From positions 1,130,295 to 1,194,294 of the forward strand of contig RDEW01000007.1 of NCBI GenBank assembly GCA_011109175.1: a stretch of DNA of 64,000 nt. Direction: 5' to 3'. Every line of letters starts with the position of its first letter. Within the stretch, counting starts at the first letter, position 1. Positions 12,555 to 25,503 of this stretch are shown piece after piece. The notes beneath the pieces were generated by a model. The model made no database searches, was not told where the DNA came from, and saw only the letters and a list, made by a program, of their open reading frames with translations. The translations under genes were made by a program, and so were the position numbers. The stretch is from Dicyema japonicum (taxonomy: Eukaryota; Animalia; Dicyemida).

Positions 12555-13100
12555 TTTAATTATTTATTAACCCCGTGATACCGAGAAAGAAATGGCAGTT
12601 CTTTGGACTATGGAAATAAAGTCAACTAGTTAGGTGATCCCAGTTCCCGCAACCAAACGTGCCATACTAAGCCTGTGCGTGTCCATTGTTCCCACTGTTG
12701 AACGGAATTGCCTTCTTTGATGCTTGCAGAAGAATCCGATTTGGGAAAAATATTTCTTAGCCAACCGATTTTCTTTTGCGTGGAACAGTGAGAGACTTAG
12801 TGGGTGTCCATCTTCCTCGCAAATGCTAAGAAATCCGGAACCACATCTACGAGATGTAGATTCCGTCAGCAGGGGATGTATTTCTGTTTCACATTGTGGT
12901 TCCAGCACCCAGCATACGTATCGTTTTCCTTTGCAGTAAGTTTAGTTTTTGGATAGTGGCCTCTGAATCTCCACGCAGCAGAGGCATATTCCACAGCCGG
13001 CGCGATTGTCTGGCGGTATATGGTTCCGATTGCTTTATTCATATTCGCCGGGGTCTTCTGGATGAGGGCCCGTGTGACATTCAATATCTGTAGTACCCAT
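12555..13100 (-). mobile_element. I/Ingi-group LINE 3' fragment
   Basis: Post-RT motif IYRQTIAPAVEYASAAW. It terminates in GGGGTTAATAAATAAT. Confidence 0.75.
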
Positions 13101-13162
13101 TTTAATAGAAAAGTGTAAGAATTAGTAAATTTTAATAAAAAAGAAAATAAAATATACAAAAA

Positions 13163-14976
13163 TTAATGAATAGTAATAATATCAGTCAACATATCAGACT
13201 GTTGAATAGCCCCAATATCCTTCAAACCGTCAATAAACTTATAGCAGTTATCCCTCAATTCCTCATACTTCCCAGAATCAATCAAAATCATCAAATTACA
13301 GCAATAATCAGCAAAGGGACAAATCACATCATTACCCAATAACATTCTCTTCATTGTACATAACAACTACCAATAACTATATCCCTACCTCCCAACACAT
13401 CTCCAGCACTTCTTTATTCACTTCCACTCGCTTCAGCACCACCAAGATACAGTCATTCACCAACGCCCATGACCACCGTTCCATCACACACGTGGACACT
13501 ATCTGAGAAAAACAGCCCAGACTCTCAAAAAGTCGAATAGCTCTCCAAAGTGAGTCATAAAAGTAAACAGCCTCACGACTATGACGTTTCTGGAGGACTC
13601 TATCACATTAATCACATAAATACTCCTTCGAATACAAAGGAATTGATAGTTTAAGAGACTCATCCACCTTTGCCTTTATAATTCCGAACAACTTTTGAGC
13701 CTCCTTAGAATCGGGAACTGGAATTGGGTACATTGTAAACAAATGTTTCACAATTTCTACAAAACGAAGAGTTGTCTCATAGCACGTTGGATCCCAGGCC
13801 TCAGAAACGATGTCTACCGTTATCATTGACAAATACCAGCAAGTCTTGAGACCACAGCCTTCTCCACAACTAGAGGGACCACGTGACAGTCTCTCTGGTC
13901 AAATTCATCGGATGTATTCAACGAGTACTTAATCAGAGTTTTAAACCATCCAAAGTCCTCAATCTTACGGTAGACATCACTAAGGGGATTCCAGTTAATA
14001 AGTTCCAAGCGGACAAACGGGGTCACCATTTTGCACAAAGATAGTCCCCCATACGACTTATCGTAGCTGTCACGACAAAAAGTCTTCCATTCCGAGAATT
14101 TTCGGCAAATTTCATTCACATTGCAATACTCCTCAGCAGTATCCTCAAACAGGGATCTGGCTTCAACCACAAACTGTTCATTCATCTTCTTCTCCTTGAA
14201 GTTTATCAAAGACTGGGTCAGTACGTGTTCAATCCCCAACATCTGACGTTTATAGGATGAGGTACCTTCTCGTTGATGCAATCCGCCAAAGTCAAGATGT
14301 AGTCCTGAATAGACTGATAAAACTGGTAGGAAGACTCAAGGTTAGGTCTCTTTTGTTTTAACCTCTCAAGTCGAGCAGATGTCTCCGTCATTCGAGTTTG
14401 GATCCCTTCACGGTCATCTGTCGAAGTCTTGGTATTGATTTCCTTTAATTTCTCTTTCATGCTATCCAAAATCTCATCCCCTGTTCCAACCCACGTGGGA
14501 ATTATGACCTGTTGGTTATCCACTTTTTCTTCCGTTTGTTTAACGACGACAGAATTAATTCCTTTACGGATTTGTTGGTTTTCCCAGTCGTCTTCACTCT
14601 CTTCTAATTCCACATTGTCTTCAGAGGAGTCGTAATTTCCAAGTTTTTCGGCCTCCCTGGTGATCAATCTGCTTTTGCGGGCGTCGTAAATTTCCATGGA
14701 ATCGGGAATCTCCCTGGACTGTTGAGCAGGCAATCTAAATTTATGCTTTTGTTTATTATCCGGGTTTTTGATATCGAGGGAGACTCTGCTTTTTGGTTGT
14801 TCCTTCTTGGTCATGGAATTTGGAGTAATCGAGTTTGAGACGTCATCCATGAAGCTAAGAGAAGAGATTCCATGAGACTTATTTAGGGAGTTAGTAGTTT
14901 TGATGTAAATTATGTCATCATCTGAATCTGATAATGTCTTTTTACGGATATTTCGTTTGGTTGACATACGTTCCAC
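13163..14976 (-). CDS. PAXBP1: PAXBP1/GCFC2-like (GC-rich sequence DNA-binding factor, NTR2-type splicing factor)
   Basis: Motifs YQSIQDYILTLADCINEK, LFEDTAEEYCNVNEICRKFSEWK, DSYDKSYGGLSLCKMVTPFVRLELINWNPL and IVSEAWDP. Exons are joined by 23-nt introns. Confidence 0.85.
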
Positions 14977-15083
14977 AAGACAACAAAGATCAATTTTTTT
15001 AATTTCAAATAATTAAATTATAAATATTATTATTGAATATTAATGTTATATAATCTAATATTAATGAGATTGAAAAAAGATTT

Positions 15084-15530
15084 GCGGCAAATTCATTCAC
15101 ATTGCAATACTCCTCAGCAGTATCCTCAAACAAGGATCTGGCTTCAACCACAAACTACGGACAGAATGTTTAAAGGTGGGCTCGAGATATCGATCGGAAA
15201 CACTCCCATCCCTTCTACGAGGACCCAGAATATCCTTGGTGTAGTTTTCGACTCCCTTACTCCCTCTCTCTCAAGAGACGTGCGAGTAAACCAGTCTCGT
15301 ATATGATGTGGGCACCACCCATATCTACCAACATGTGATATACTCTGCCCCTTTTGCAACCTCCACGTGCTGACAACAAATCACCTATTTCAATATCATG
15401 AATCGGCACAACATTTCTCCACAATACCGGAACTGACCGATTATGGGAGCGACCAACATCTGCTGCGTACTACTTAATAGCTGCTGGCCTCCTACAAGTT
15501 AGTGAGGCTGGGGTTACTTAACTAACTAAC
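15084..15530 (+). mobile_element. Chimeric retrocopy: captured PAXBP1 exon piece + Ingi-like RT-thumb piece + Ingi-like 3' end with (TAAC)n tail
   Basis: 15084-15156 is near-identical to 14103-14175. 15157-15260 encodes EISIGNTPIPSTRTQNILGVVFD. 15262-15530 aligns to 46672-46940. Confidence 0.8.
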
Positions 15531-15832
15531 CTTACTTCCTGACCAAATCATCTGATAAAGATTGCATTGTGAATACTATTCCGCTAAAGAATGAAGTGAT
15601 GTCCGGACGGTAGGACGTGGGACAAAAATGGAAAAGGGCGGACCTACTACTCCACCTCTCTTCGGAAGCGGAAGCCTGTAATGAAGTATTTGAAGATGGA
15701 TTTGGTCGGCACAAGCAGATGTTCTCCCTTTGGTTCCTTCCTTGGATTAGTTAGCTATGACTGATTGTGCTGGGCTTACAATGGTAAGCCTGGGGTTAAT
15801 AATGGTAATTTATCGAAAGTATATCTTGATTC

Positions 15833-16010
15833 GCCGCGTGGCTAAGTAGTTAAAGTTTTCTGTTTTTGTTTGTTCCTCCTCTTTCCCTTCCTATTAGAGT
15901 GTCTGTCTAAATGACGCCCAGTGTCAGGCCGGCACGAAAAAGGATCATTTACTCTCACTCCACTGAAGGGGTTTCCACTGGTTCATTAAAGATGGAGTGA
16001 CATATAACTA
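15833..16010 (+). mobile_element. SINE-like repeat, family 2
   Basis: About 150 bp aligns to 61705-61867 (e.g. TGACGCCCAGTG-CAGGCCGGCA-GAAAAAGGATCATTT). It starts with A-box-like GTGGCTAAGTAGTT; the B-box is degenerate. Confidence 0.6.
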
Positions 16011-16044
16011 AAACCAACCCCTTAGTAAAATAGAGAAGTTGGGT

Positions 16045-18447
16045 TCACTGACTATAGATATAGAGTGTTTTTTCCACAAATTCTCTTGAATTAATCAAAA
16101 CAAGGAGCATTTCACAATGCTCGAGTTTATTCCTTAAATAAAATTGATATAGGGAACATCTACTATAATAAACAAGAAATAATAAATGTACAACCGAACA
16201 ACCCATAACCATTAGTAAGCCATCATTGAGGATTATCAGAATCTTCAATAAATTTAGAATGATATAGTTGTCTGTCCTGAATTAACTTTTTAATATGATA
16301 ATCCAACTAATATAATATAATAATAATAACATTATCCCTCTCCTCTTCCATAATAGACTCTAATTCTTCATAGTGCTTAACTAACAAGTCCACCTTCTTT
16401 AATTGAACATCCACCAACTGTGCAAACAAATCCCTCATTTTCTGTTCATCCAATGAAGCCAATTGCTTATAATAATTATAATTAAAACCATTGATTTAAC
16501 AGAAGCAGCCCCTAAAGCAGCAGAAGCAGCGACTTGTATATCCTTATTAGAAGTAGACTGTAGTGAATTAAATTTGTCTAATAATATAAATTAATACCAA
16601 TAGCTGCATCTGTTGCTGCCTTGGCCACTCTATTATCAACAACTGATGATAAAAATGCTACAGTAGACATTATTGGGTTCTTTGAAGATGAAAATAACAT
16701 GGAAATGTGTGGTGCTATTATTTGTAAATAAATATAACCATTATCCCCTTCAATAAAGGGATCTTCAATTGGTAGACGAAGAAAGTGAAGTATACACTCA
16801 TCGTGTGTTCTTGAGCCAACATGTGAGCTTACTTTATGCCATTCATCCTTATATTTTTCAATTCCCTCCAAAAGTAAGAGAGTTTCCTATAATAAATACT
16901 GATAACAACTTGTTGAGTCCATGAATTAGTGACTGGTTTATTAGTCTAATATAATATAATAATTACTGTAATTGATGATTCACTGATTACAGAGGTAGGA
17001 TGCAAACAACTGTCACCAATTACAGTAAAGTAAGCAGTGGAGGGAGGTCCCACTTCTTTAGGTTATGTTCAATTTGATAGTTAATAAGTCCCCATTGTTC
17101 AAGAAATGAGTGAATTCTTAGTATAGAGCAGGCATCACCAGCCAAATTACGTCGACAAGCAGTGAATGTCAAAGGTTGATTTGGATTAATCCGATAAGAG
17201 TCAATAATAAAGTTACGATAAGCCAAATAACAAAATATAATAAAAAAACTACATTTCAGGTGTTTTTGATTGTTTAGAGCCATCAAAGAACTCAGTAAAG
17301 CCCGTTTCTCAATGGGATTAATAGAGGAGTAATTAAACCATGCTGAATAAGAGGGGATAATAATATTGTTATTTTGATTAGCACTTGTATATTGGTAACA
17401 GTCATCATCAGTAGTTGATATTCCATATTCAACTTGTTTTGCTTGACTATCAAAATCACCCTTTCTTGTTTCAGGAGATAATTTACGTTTCCTTCCACGT
17501 CTTTTATTATTTCTATCAAATAATCTCTAATATATAATAATAATATAAACGGAAATATCCTCTAACGGATAAATAGATCTGCGTTGTCCTGTGATAACAT
17601 AATCCTCCTCATTCATCAATTCATTAAATGAATCACTATCAACCAGCCAATTTGCCCTCAACTTTATCATCACCACTACTAATACCTTCCACTGCCTCGG
17701 ACGATCTAAATATTCTATTTCTTCGAAATTATATTCATTCGTCCAAATATCATAGGAGTCTGGGTATTCACATACGTGTACAGAGTACCAATCCTCATAA
17801 ACACTTACTGCCCTAACATAATCACCACTCCCACTATCCATTAATGGGTATAATATGTGAGTTGCCTCCTTCTCGTTATCTACCACTGTTATGTCAAGTC
17901 TCTCCCCAATAACTAACAACTGGTCTCTCACTTTGTCTAATATTATTTATAATAATAACCCTCAATACTACCCATTATGTATATTTTTGGTATTAATTTT
18001 GGAAATGTTGTATATATTGATTTATACACTTTATTCAACATTAACACATTCTTGTCCTTTCTTGATGCTAAATTATAATCTATTCTTTTCCTATTCGTAA
18101 TACACCCACTATACCATCCTTCATCATGCTTGTATATGTACATCTCTTTTAATATATTACATAATATTCCATCAGCACTGTGGTCATCAAAATATTTCAC
18201 TGGAATTTGAGGACATGACGTCTTTTCCTTACCAATTATTTGAGATTGAAAAGACAATGTCTGAATTATAAGACTTGCTAGGTTCTTCACTGTTGGAACT
18301 TCATTTATATACTTATTTATATTTAAAGCTTACTGAACTACAATTCTCTTCTAACCACCGACGTACTTCTTCTAATGATGATGTAAAATATGGAGAATTG
18401 TAGTAGTCTATGCATGGAATACCATTATCCTTTTTCTCCAATGTCAT
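16045..18447 (-). CDS. SMARCC2: SWI/SNF subunit SMARCC1/2 (SWI3/BAF155-170)
   Basis: N-terminus MTLEKKDNG..., then [29 protein letters not shown]...[73 protein letters not shown]. Also [15 protein letters not shown]. The C-terminal coordinate is approximate, and the paralogue (SMARCC1 vs 2) is not resolvable. Confidence 0.92.
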
Positions 18448-18584
18448 CACTACACAACTATTAATCTTTTTATTTTATTTATTTTAATTAATTTATTATT
18501 TAGCAATTATTATTAATCATAAATAAAGTTAGGAAAGGAATAAAGATAGAAAATGAAAATATTATTTTTCAGATACCGCTCTCA

Positions 18585-18807
18585 AAGGGTTTGACGAGTG
18601 ACGCCGTCATCAGTGAATACTCACTGCGGAACTGGATTGTCTAGAAAGGACACTCACACAAGAAAAAGAAAAAAAAGAAGTGAAGATCATTCCTTGGTTC
18701 TACGATTAGTTAAAATTAACTGTTCTTACTTAATTAAAGTGTGTGTCCTGCCTATGCGGAGCTAATACCACGGCTCCGTGAAAAAGGCAGTTATTATTAT
18801 TATTATT
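18585..18807 (+). mobile_element. tRNA-derived SINE family 1, 5'-truncated copy with TSD
   Basis: Near-identical to 36613-36820. Has a (TTA)n tail and a perfect 12-bp TSD ATACCGCTCTCA at 18573-18584 and 18808-18819. Confidence 0.9.
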
Positions 18808-19560
18808 ATACCGCTCTCAGGCCGGGATCATCTAAAGGTTGCGATTTTATCATATAATGTTGATTTTTGGTCTGTAAATAACAAATAATGTCAAGGAGTT
18901 AAACCGATTTAATAAAGTATCTTTCGCCCAATACCATTGGATCATTTTCTGAAGGAATTCCAACAAATGCTGAAACTAATTAAACACCCATAATTAACTG
19001 TTACTATTAACTTCTTTTGCAGTGAATATAGTGTTAATAAAATTAAATAAGCGTTTACTGGATCAAAGGCGATCTAAATTCTACACTTACCCCCTTGGAA
19101 GACCTAATAAGAAGAAAAGGAGGCCAAACTCAACGATACCAATGTATTACTCGTCCACTGCGTGCTTGTGTTGGATCGAGGGAAGACCACAGGGTCAATC
19201 TGAGAGCCCTTTTGAAATTCGCCGGGATCACATTTTTTCCTGTTTTTGTCTTTAACTGTGGTCTTTGGAAATAAATTTCAATTTCAATATGACCTCACTT
19301 ATCGCCTTCCTATCCTTATCGAACAATGTATATTATAGGAAAATTTTTTGGAAAAGAATTACATTCGATTCCACTCCAATCAATTCCCAGGGTTCTGTCA
19401 CGACTTTATATGCATAACTACTAAGGCATTCAGTAATTAAGTCACTTGCGCACGTCAACAGCAAAGAATGTTATCCTTGTGACACGGCATATCGTGGGAA
19501 AATATATCAAAGAGAGGTGAAGAAAACGAGATTCTGATTTCAAAAAGTAAACTCACACTT
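18806..19560 (-). CDS. Unknown micro-intron gene (3' part; may extend to ~20127)
   Basis: A consistent GT-AG spliced frame reads ...YAYKVVTEPWELIGVESNDRKAISE...ISAFVGIPSENDPMVLGERYFIKSTKNQHYMIKSQPLDDPGLRAV*. No homolog recognised and alternative frames exist. Confidence 0.45.
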
Positions 19561-19818
19561 GTCTCCAGTGTCTATTAAGTAAATTAGCATCCATAAATTT
19601 ATGATATGAATAATTTTTGTGTCAAATAGCTTTTAGTTTATATGTTTCTGGACTGAGTCGAAGGCTTATTGAATGTATAAGTAACAAAGTTCGAAAAATG
19701 ACAATCAGGTGTGTTAGGCCTTTGAAGCCATGTCGTTCACTTCTAGTAGTTTCACAATACCAAACGGTGTTGCAAGACAGCTACATTCCTTCCCCCATCA
19801 AAATAACTGGTAGGTATT

Positions 19819-19925
19819 AATTAGTCAGTGAGTTAAGTAACCCAGGTTTCACTAACTTGTAGGAGACCAACACTATTAAGTAGGATGCAGCAAATGCCGT
19901 TCGCTCCCGTAAATCGGTCAACTTG
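19819..19925 (-). mobile_element. Ingi-like LINE 3'-terminal fragment (third copy)
   Basis: The reverse complement TGACCGATTTACGGGAGCG...CTACTTAATAG...CTCCTACAAGTTAGTGAAACCTGGGTTACTTAAC matches 15435-15525 and 46845-46935. Confidence 0.8.
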
Positions 19926-20449
19926 CCTTGGAAGATCAGGTGAGGGAAGCCAAACTCAGATCCACCTCATCGGCGAAAATGTCCGGAACGGATTTTCGAT
20001 GTAATTTTTCTGGAATTTCTATTAGGGTTGTTTCCGAGTCGTCTATTTGTTCGGAAAAACTGTCCAGTAGTATGTTTCTTTTTAAGCAATAAATGGCCCT
20101 AGTCGATACAAAATTATGGTTCGTCATCTTTTTAGAGTTGAGAAATTTTGTTTACCATTTTCCAACTATGACTGTAGAAATAATTTGTGATTTCTTATCT
20201 CGCTAAGTAATTGCACGATGCACAAAATTAGTCAACTCATTACGAAATTGTAAATTTTGCATGCAAAAGTGATATTTCATTGAAAAAATAAAAGTTTTCC
20301 AACGTAGGTAGTCTACAGGCACACGCTGGTTGCAACTAGTAATTGATCGCTACCACACAATTTGAGTTTTTTTAAGTTTTTGTAGATTTGAGTAAGAAAT
20401 ATAGATAGACAAGCTATACAGTGCAATTCAGTTTAAAGACGTCCTTGTG

Positions 20450-23095
20450 TCCAAATTTGACCAAGCACGCCAGACGTCTCAACGAAGATCGAATGGAGGG
20501 TGAGCAGATCCCAATGCCATGATACTTCTTCCTTTCGGATTTTCAGCAAATCTCGCTGTGGAATCGCGTTTGAAAAAGTATCCATGTACTTTGAATCCAA
20601 GAGGACATCTCACCATTGCTATTTATATTATTATGTACGCGATGCCAAGATCATGACAAAGCATATGCAACACGAAAAGTTAACAATCTAATTAACGTCC
20701 CCATCTTTTTCGATCCGCTGCCATGTTCCGTAGCATATCTAGATCATCCCCATCTTTAAGGCACTTTCCAATTTTCCTGAGATCTTCATCTAGGATTACC
20801 GGAAGTGTTGTCCTCGGCCGGCCGCGGAAACGAGAAGCTTCTAAGACAAAATACTCCTCCATTGCTATGTTGGCAGTGGTCCCCATATAGTATGTGTCCA
20901 AAGAGCCTCCATCTTGAATCAGTGATATCACATAATATTGGCTCAGTTCCTGTTCTCTTGTATAAGATTTCGGACGGCATTTTGAAAAAGCTTCGGGAAG
21001 AAAGGAGTGTTCGGATATGATTTCTGTGAAAAGAATTCAACTTTTCGAGTTCCTGAGTTCCTGTACATGCCCATGTACCTGCATTATATAATAGAATTGG
21101 TCTCACTAGAGCATTGTATAGTCTCATTAGAGTTTTAGGGTCAAACTTTTTGTTCAGAAACCAGGTCTTCTTCATTTTGTTGAAAGCGACATTAGTTAGT
21201 GTCTTCTTTCGTGTTATATCTTCGGTTTCACCAAAAAGAGATCCTAGTTTTTTTATCTACGCCAGTTCTCTCGGTCCTTTCTTCACATCTTTTTAGCTCC
21301 GTTTGGTTTTGTTTTGTTACTTTTAATGACCTCAGCCATTTTATCAGGCATTTTCTCCAAAAGTGCAATTAACTCTTATATGTTATTCGAAATAAAGTCC
21401 ACGTCATCTGCATATGTTATTATGCTCTTTCCTTCTCTGATATGAGGCTTCAAGTCTCGTAGAACTGTTTCCAGATAAATAATGAACAAAATCGGGGATA
21501 AAGGATCTCTTTGAGGAGAACCAAATGTCGTTTCAAATTTCCTCGATAAAGCTTTAGCAGTCCTAAACATCAAACTGGTGTCGGTCAAGGATGTCCTGAC
21601 CATCCTCATCGTTGAGCTCTCCGAAAAATGGTTCAGTATTTTCAGCAGCTTGATCCTGTTGATGGAATCAAATGCCTTTGACACATCAATCTCCAGAATG
21701 GTTGTCGTTATTTTAAATTTTTGAACAGTCGCACTTCTCCATTTGTGGCTTCATATAACATCTGACGTTGATCTCCCTTTGCGGAAGCCACTTTGATAAG
21801 CAAACAGGTACAAGTCTAGGCGTCCCTCGATTTTTTTAAGCGTAATATTGGCTAGTATCTTTCGTAGTTTGTTGGTTAAGACCACTGATCTTAGGTTCTC
21901 AACTTTCCCCGATTTTTTGTTTGGCTTCTGTACTGGTATCAGTAGTCCTTCTCCAAGTGACAAAGTGGCTCCTCTATACGTTTCGTTTAGAATCCAAACA
22001 ATTATCATGTATAACTTTTGAGTTCCATATTCGAAAAATTCACCATTTAAACCATCTGGGCCGGGACTCTTATTGTCCTTCAGTTTTAACTAGCTGTCAT
22101 CACTTCTTCCAAAGTTATTTCTTTGTCTAATTTTTTTTGATCCGTGTTAATTATGAGTTTTTTGCTATTTTTATACAAATTGTGCTTCAAAATAATCCGC
22201 TATAAGTTCTGCAACTTCTTGTTGGTTAGCAATATGTTTTTCTTCTTCATCTCGTAAAGTCAGTGTTTTCCTTGGTAGTTTTCTGATTTGGCCGACAACT
22301 TCATAAAACTTCGCATTGTCTTTAAGGCCTTCGATTTTCTCTATTTTTGTTATTGTTTCGTTCTTTAATATCCGACGTGCAGCTTTTCTTATTTTCTTTT
22401 AATAACTGTTATTTCATTTTGTAGCCGCTGTTTCGTATTTTTGTCATCTGTATTTAGACATTGTATCTATATCGCCTTTTGTTGATTAGAAAAGAGTTTC
22501 AAAGCGGTTATTTTTTCAGTTGGTGTATTAGTCACGTAGTCCTCTTTTAGATATATATCCGCAGCAATCATGATATTCTGTTTGACCAAGGTCTACGTAA
22601 TTTGCAGTGACAAATCTATTGATATTTCTTTCAATCCCTCATCCAAGTATTTTCTAAATTCTTCTCCCTCGATAGTATTGTTCTTTAGATGGTCTATAAT
22701 TTATCCTTTCCCCCGCAGTTCCTTGTGTCCATTGCACTATCTTTTCATCCCTTGCAAACCCATAAGTTTCTTTAAGGACATTATGGCAATAGCCATCTTG
22801 TGATCGCTGTCAATTATAGACCCTCCATAAGCACGGGCATCAGTGACAATACTGCGGTCTTTTTGTTTGAAAATAATGTAGTTTATTTAATTGTAGATTT
22901 TCGCAATGCTTCCGTCAGACTTCGTTCTATTGCCTGACCAAGTTGTCCTGTGTCTTGCTGAGTACATAAAGGTTATTTCCGTGTTACAAAGGAGTAGGTT
23001 ATTTGCATGACAAAAGCTAGATAGCAAGGTTCCTGCAATGTTCCTTTTTCCCTTTCCATGTCTTCCAATGAATGCTTCTTCTATGATTGCGAGTA
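20450..23095 (-). mobile_element. RTE-clade LINE, 5'-truncated and degenerate
   Basis: Endonuclease segment IGRHGKGKRN...RHRTTWSG. RT motifs QSGFRKGRSTSDVI, SKAFDSINR, GSPQRDPLSPILFIIYL and YADD. C-terminus LVRPILLYNAGTW...RWRLFGHIL...RFRGRPRTTLP. Confidence 0.9.
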
Positions 23096-25360
23096 GTTTC
23101 AATGAGAAAGATAGTGAAATCTGCATTGCCCATGAAGGACTTGCATACGTCATCGTTGGTAATTGTTCATAAATCGTGGCAAGGCCACTAGTTTGGTCTC
23201 TAATTGTTTTTGAGAGCAATTTTAAAATTCTCATTTTCTTCAGAGCAGAAGTTACTTTGTTTTTAACATGCCGGATAATGGTGAGTTCCTGATCAAAGGT
23301 TATTCCCAGAATCTTCGGTGTTTTGTTAATAGGAATAGCTTCGTTCTTCATAAAGATTTTTGGTTCGATGCTGTCTTTTGTAGGTGGCAAACAGTGTGAC
23401 AGAAGATTTTGTTGCTGATGTGTCGAGTTTCCGCTTCGACAGACATAGTTCCAGCTTGTCAAGTATTTGTTGTGCTGACTGAGTCGCTTGTTGAATGCTT
23501 CTGTCCTTGGAGGCAAGAATGATATCCTCGGCATAGAATAAGATTAGAGAGTTTTCATTACAGGATTTTAACATGTCGTTTATGTAGAGATTGAAGAGTT
23601 GGGGTAATATTGGGAAGCCTTGAGAGACTCCATTTGTGAATTAGTGAGATCTTGATTTGATGTTGTTGCAGAGTACTTCTGATTGTCTTTCATTTAAGAG
23701 GCTTACAAGCCTAACTTTTAAGGTCGGATCGATGTTGGTTTCAAATATTTTCTTTGTAAGGAGTTTCCTAGGGATTGAATCAAACGCTATTGTGATGTCC
23801 ACGTATATAAGTACTGTCATCTGATGAGGTTTAGGGGAGTTAAATCCTCCCGCAATTAATTGTGTGAGGATTGTGAGGTGTGTTGTGGTCGAATGGTTAC
23901 CCCGGAATCAGTGTTTGTCGAGGTATTGATATTGAGTCTTGTATTTTTTCTAAAACAAGCCTTCAAGGATCCTTGAGACCGGAACATCCTGACTAGTAAA
24001 TAGGATCCAGTCATCGGAGCGCTTCGGTTCAATCTTTTTCAGGAATACTTGGTGTTCTTTTAAAAACTTCTTGTAGGAGATAGACGTGTAATATTTTATC
24101 AGAGTGTCTGGTTTTTATGTAGACTTCGACTTTTCTCTCTGGGGAGGATCTTTTGATATTCTTGATCCACTTCCACACTCTCTGCATTGGGGGGTTTTTG
24201 CAGAGAGCCTTCGATAGTCTCGTCCATCTATTTGCATTTTCTGCCTTTATGTTGTTGTCGATCTCTCTGTTCAATTTTCGTATTTTCCTGATGTTCTCTT
24301 CTGTTGGCGATTTTACCACCTTTATATTATTTCGTTCTCTGATCAGATGTTTCGTCGTTGTGTTGAAACGTTTTGATGACGTAGGTTGTCTCCCCATAGG
24401 AATGTACTTCTTTTTCGCATCGTTTATAATGGAGTTAACCATTTCACTAATTGTTCGACGGAGGGAAAAGTGGGAAATTTAATAGTCCAATACAATTATC
24501 GACGTATTCCTTGAATCCTCTCCAATTCGCAAGGCTGTAGTTAGTTATCGTTGGGCATTGTCCTTTATCCGTGACCTTGTTTTGAACCTCTAAAAATATT
24601 GGATTGTGGTCACTCCTGGTGTCATACTTCACTGACCAGTCAATAAGATAAGCCAAGGACGGTGATGACAATGAGATGTCGATAGAAGAAGGTTTATCGT
24701 TACGTCGAGTAGGTGTTCTTGTATGAGATGCAGGATTCGTTGAGTATACATAGGCTGTGTAGGTCCTCAATTATCATCTTCCCTTCTTTTGTCGTAGGTT
24801 TGTCCTGTCAGCCACAGTGGGTGCTTCGCATTAAAGTCACCACAGATAATCACATTCTTCAGTGATGCGAGAGGAGTGAGTCTGGGAGCGTTGGACGAAC
24901 AGAAACTCAACGGTAGGAGATATGCGTTGACAATTATATTTGATAGTCTTGGAATCGTACTTTGGTAACCAAAAGTTCGAGATTTCCATACCCTTTAAGC
25001 ATAGTGTAAGCACTGTTGGTTATGTCCTCAAAACGGAATGCCGTTGCGGATAACTGTGAGAAGACCCACCAAGTTTGCCAATAATGTCACGGCGAATTAC
25101 TGTGAATCCCGGAAAATACTGGTGTTGAATTCTTTGGAGAAAGTTTAGACTCTTGAATTAGCAAACAGATCGATGTGATTTTCTTTCACAAATGTCCGAA
25201 AGTTCGAGTATCTTGTTCTTGACTCCATTTATGTTATTCTGGCTGGTCCAGAGTTTGCCTCAACGTCTCGCAGCGGCGCAGGCCTTCCTTATTGGTCCAC
25301 CCGTGAAGATAGGGGAAAGTGTGGTTCTTTTTCCACGTCGTCGGCGAGCCACATGACATT
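23095..25360 (-). mobile_element. Ingi/I-group LINE (5' end, endonuclease, RT; 3' end replaced)
   Basis: Endonuclease QNNINGVKNKILEL, GDFNAKHPLW, SSIDISLSS and SDHNPI. RT FYAEDII and TPKILGITFD. A possible degenerate 2A-like motif lies at the 5' end. Confidence 0.85.
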
Positions 25361-25503
25361 ATTTGTTAATTCATAATTATAATAAATTAAATTTTTAAAA
25401 TTAAAGAACCAACGTAAAAACTATTTTTATCGATTTGTCATCATATTAAATTATAAATTAAAATTATTAGTAACATTTAAAAATAAAATAACATAAATTC
25501 AAA

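Noticed and set aside
25240-25360. HDV-like ribozyme at the Ingi 5' end, as in L1Tc
   Set aside because: I could not place P1, P2, P3 and P1.1 together with the catalytic C. Only a mismatched 7-bp pairing was found.
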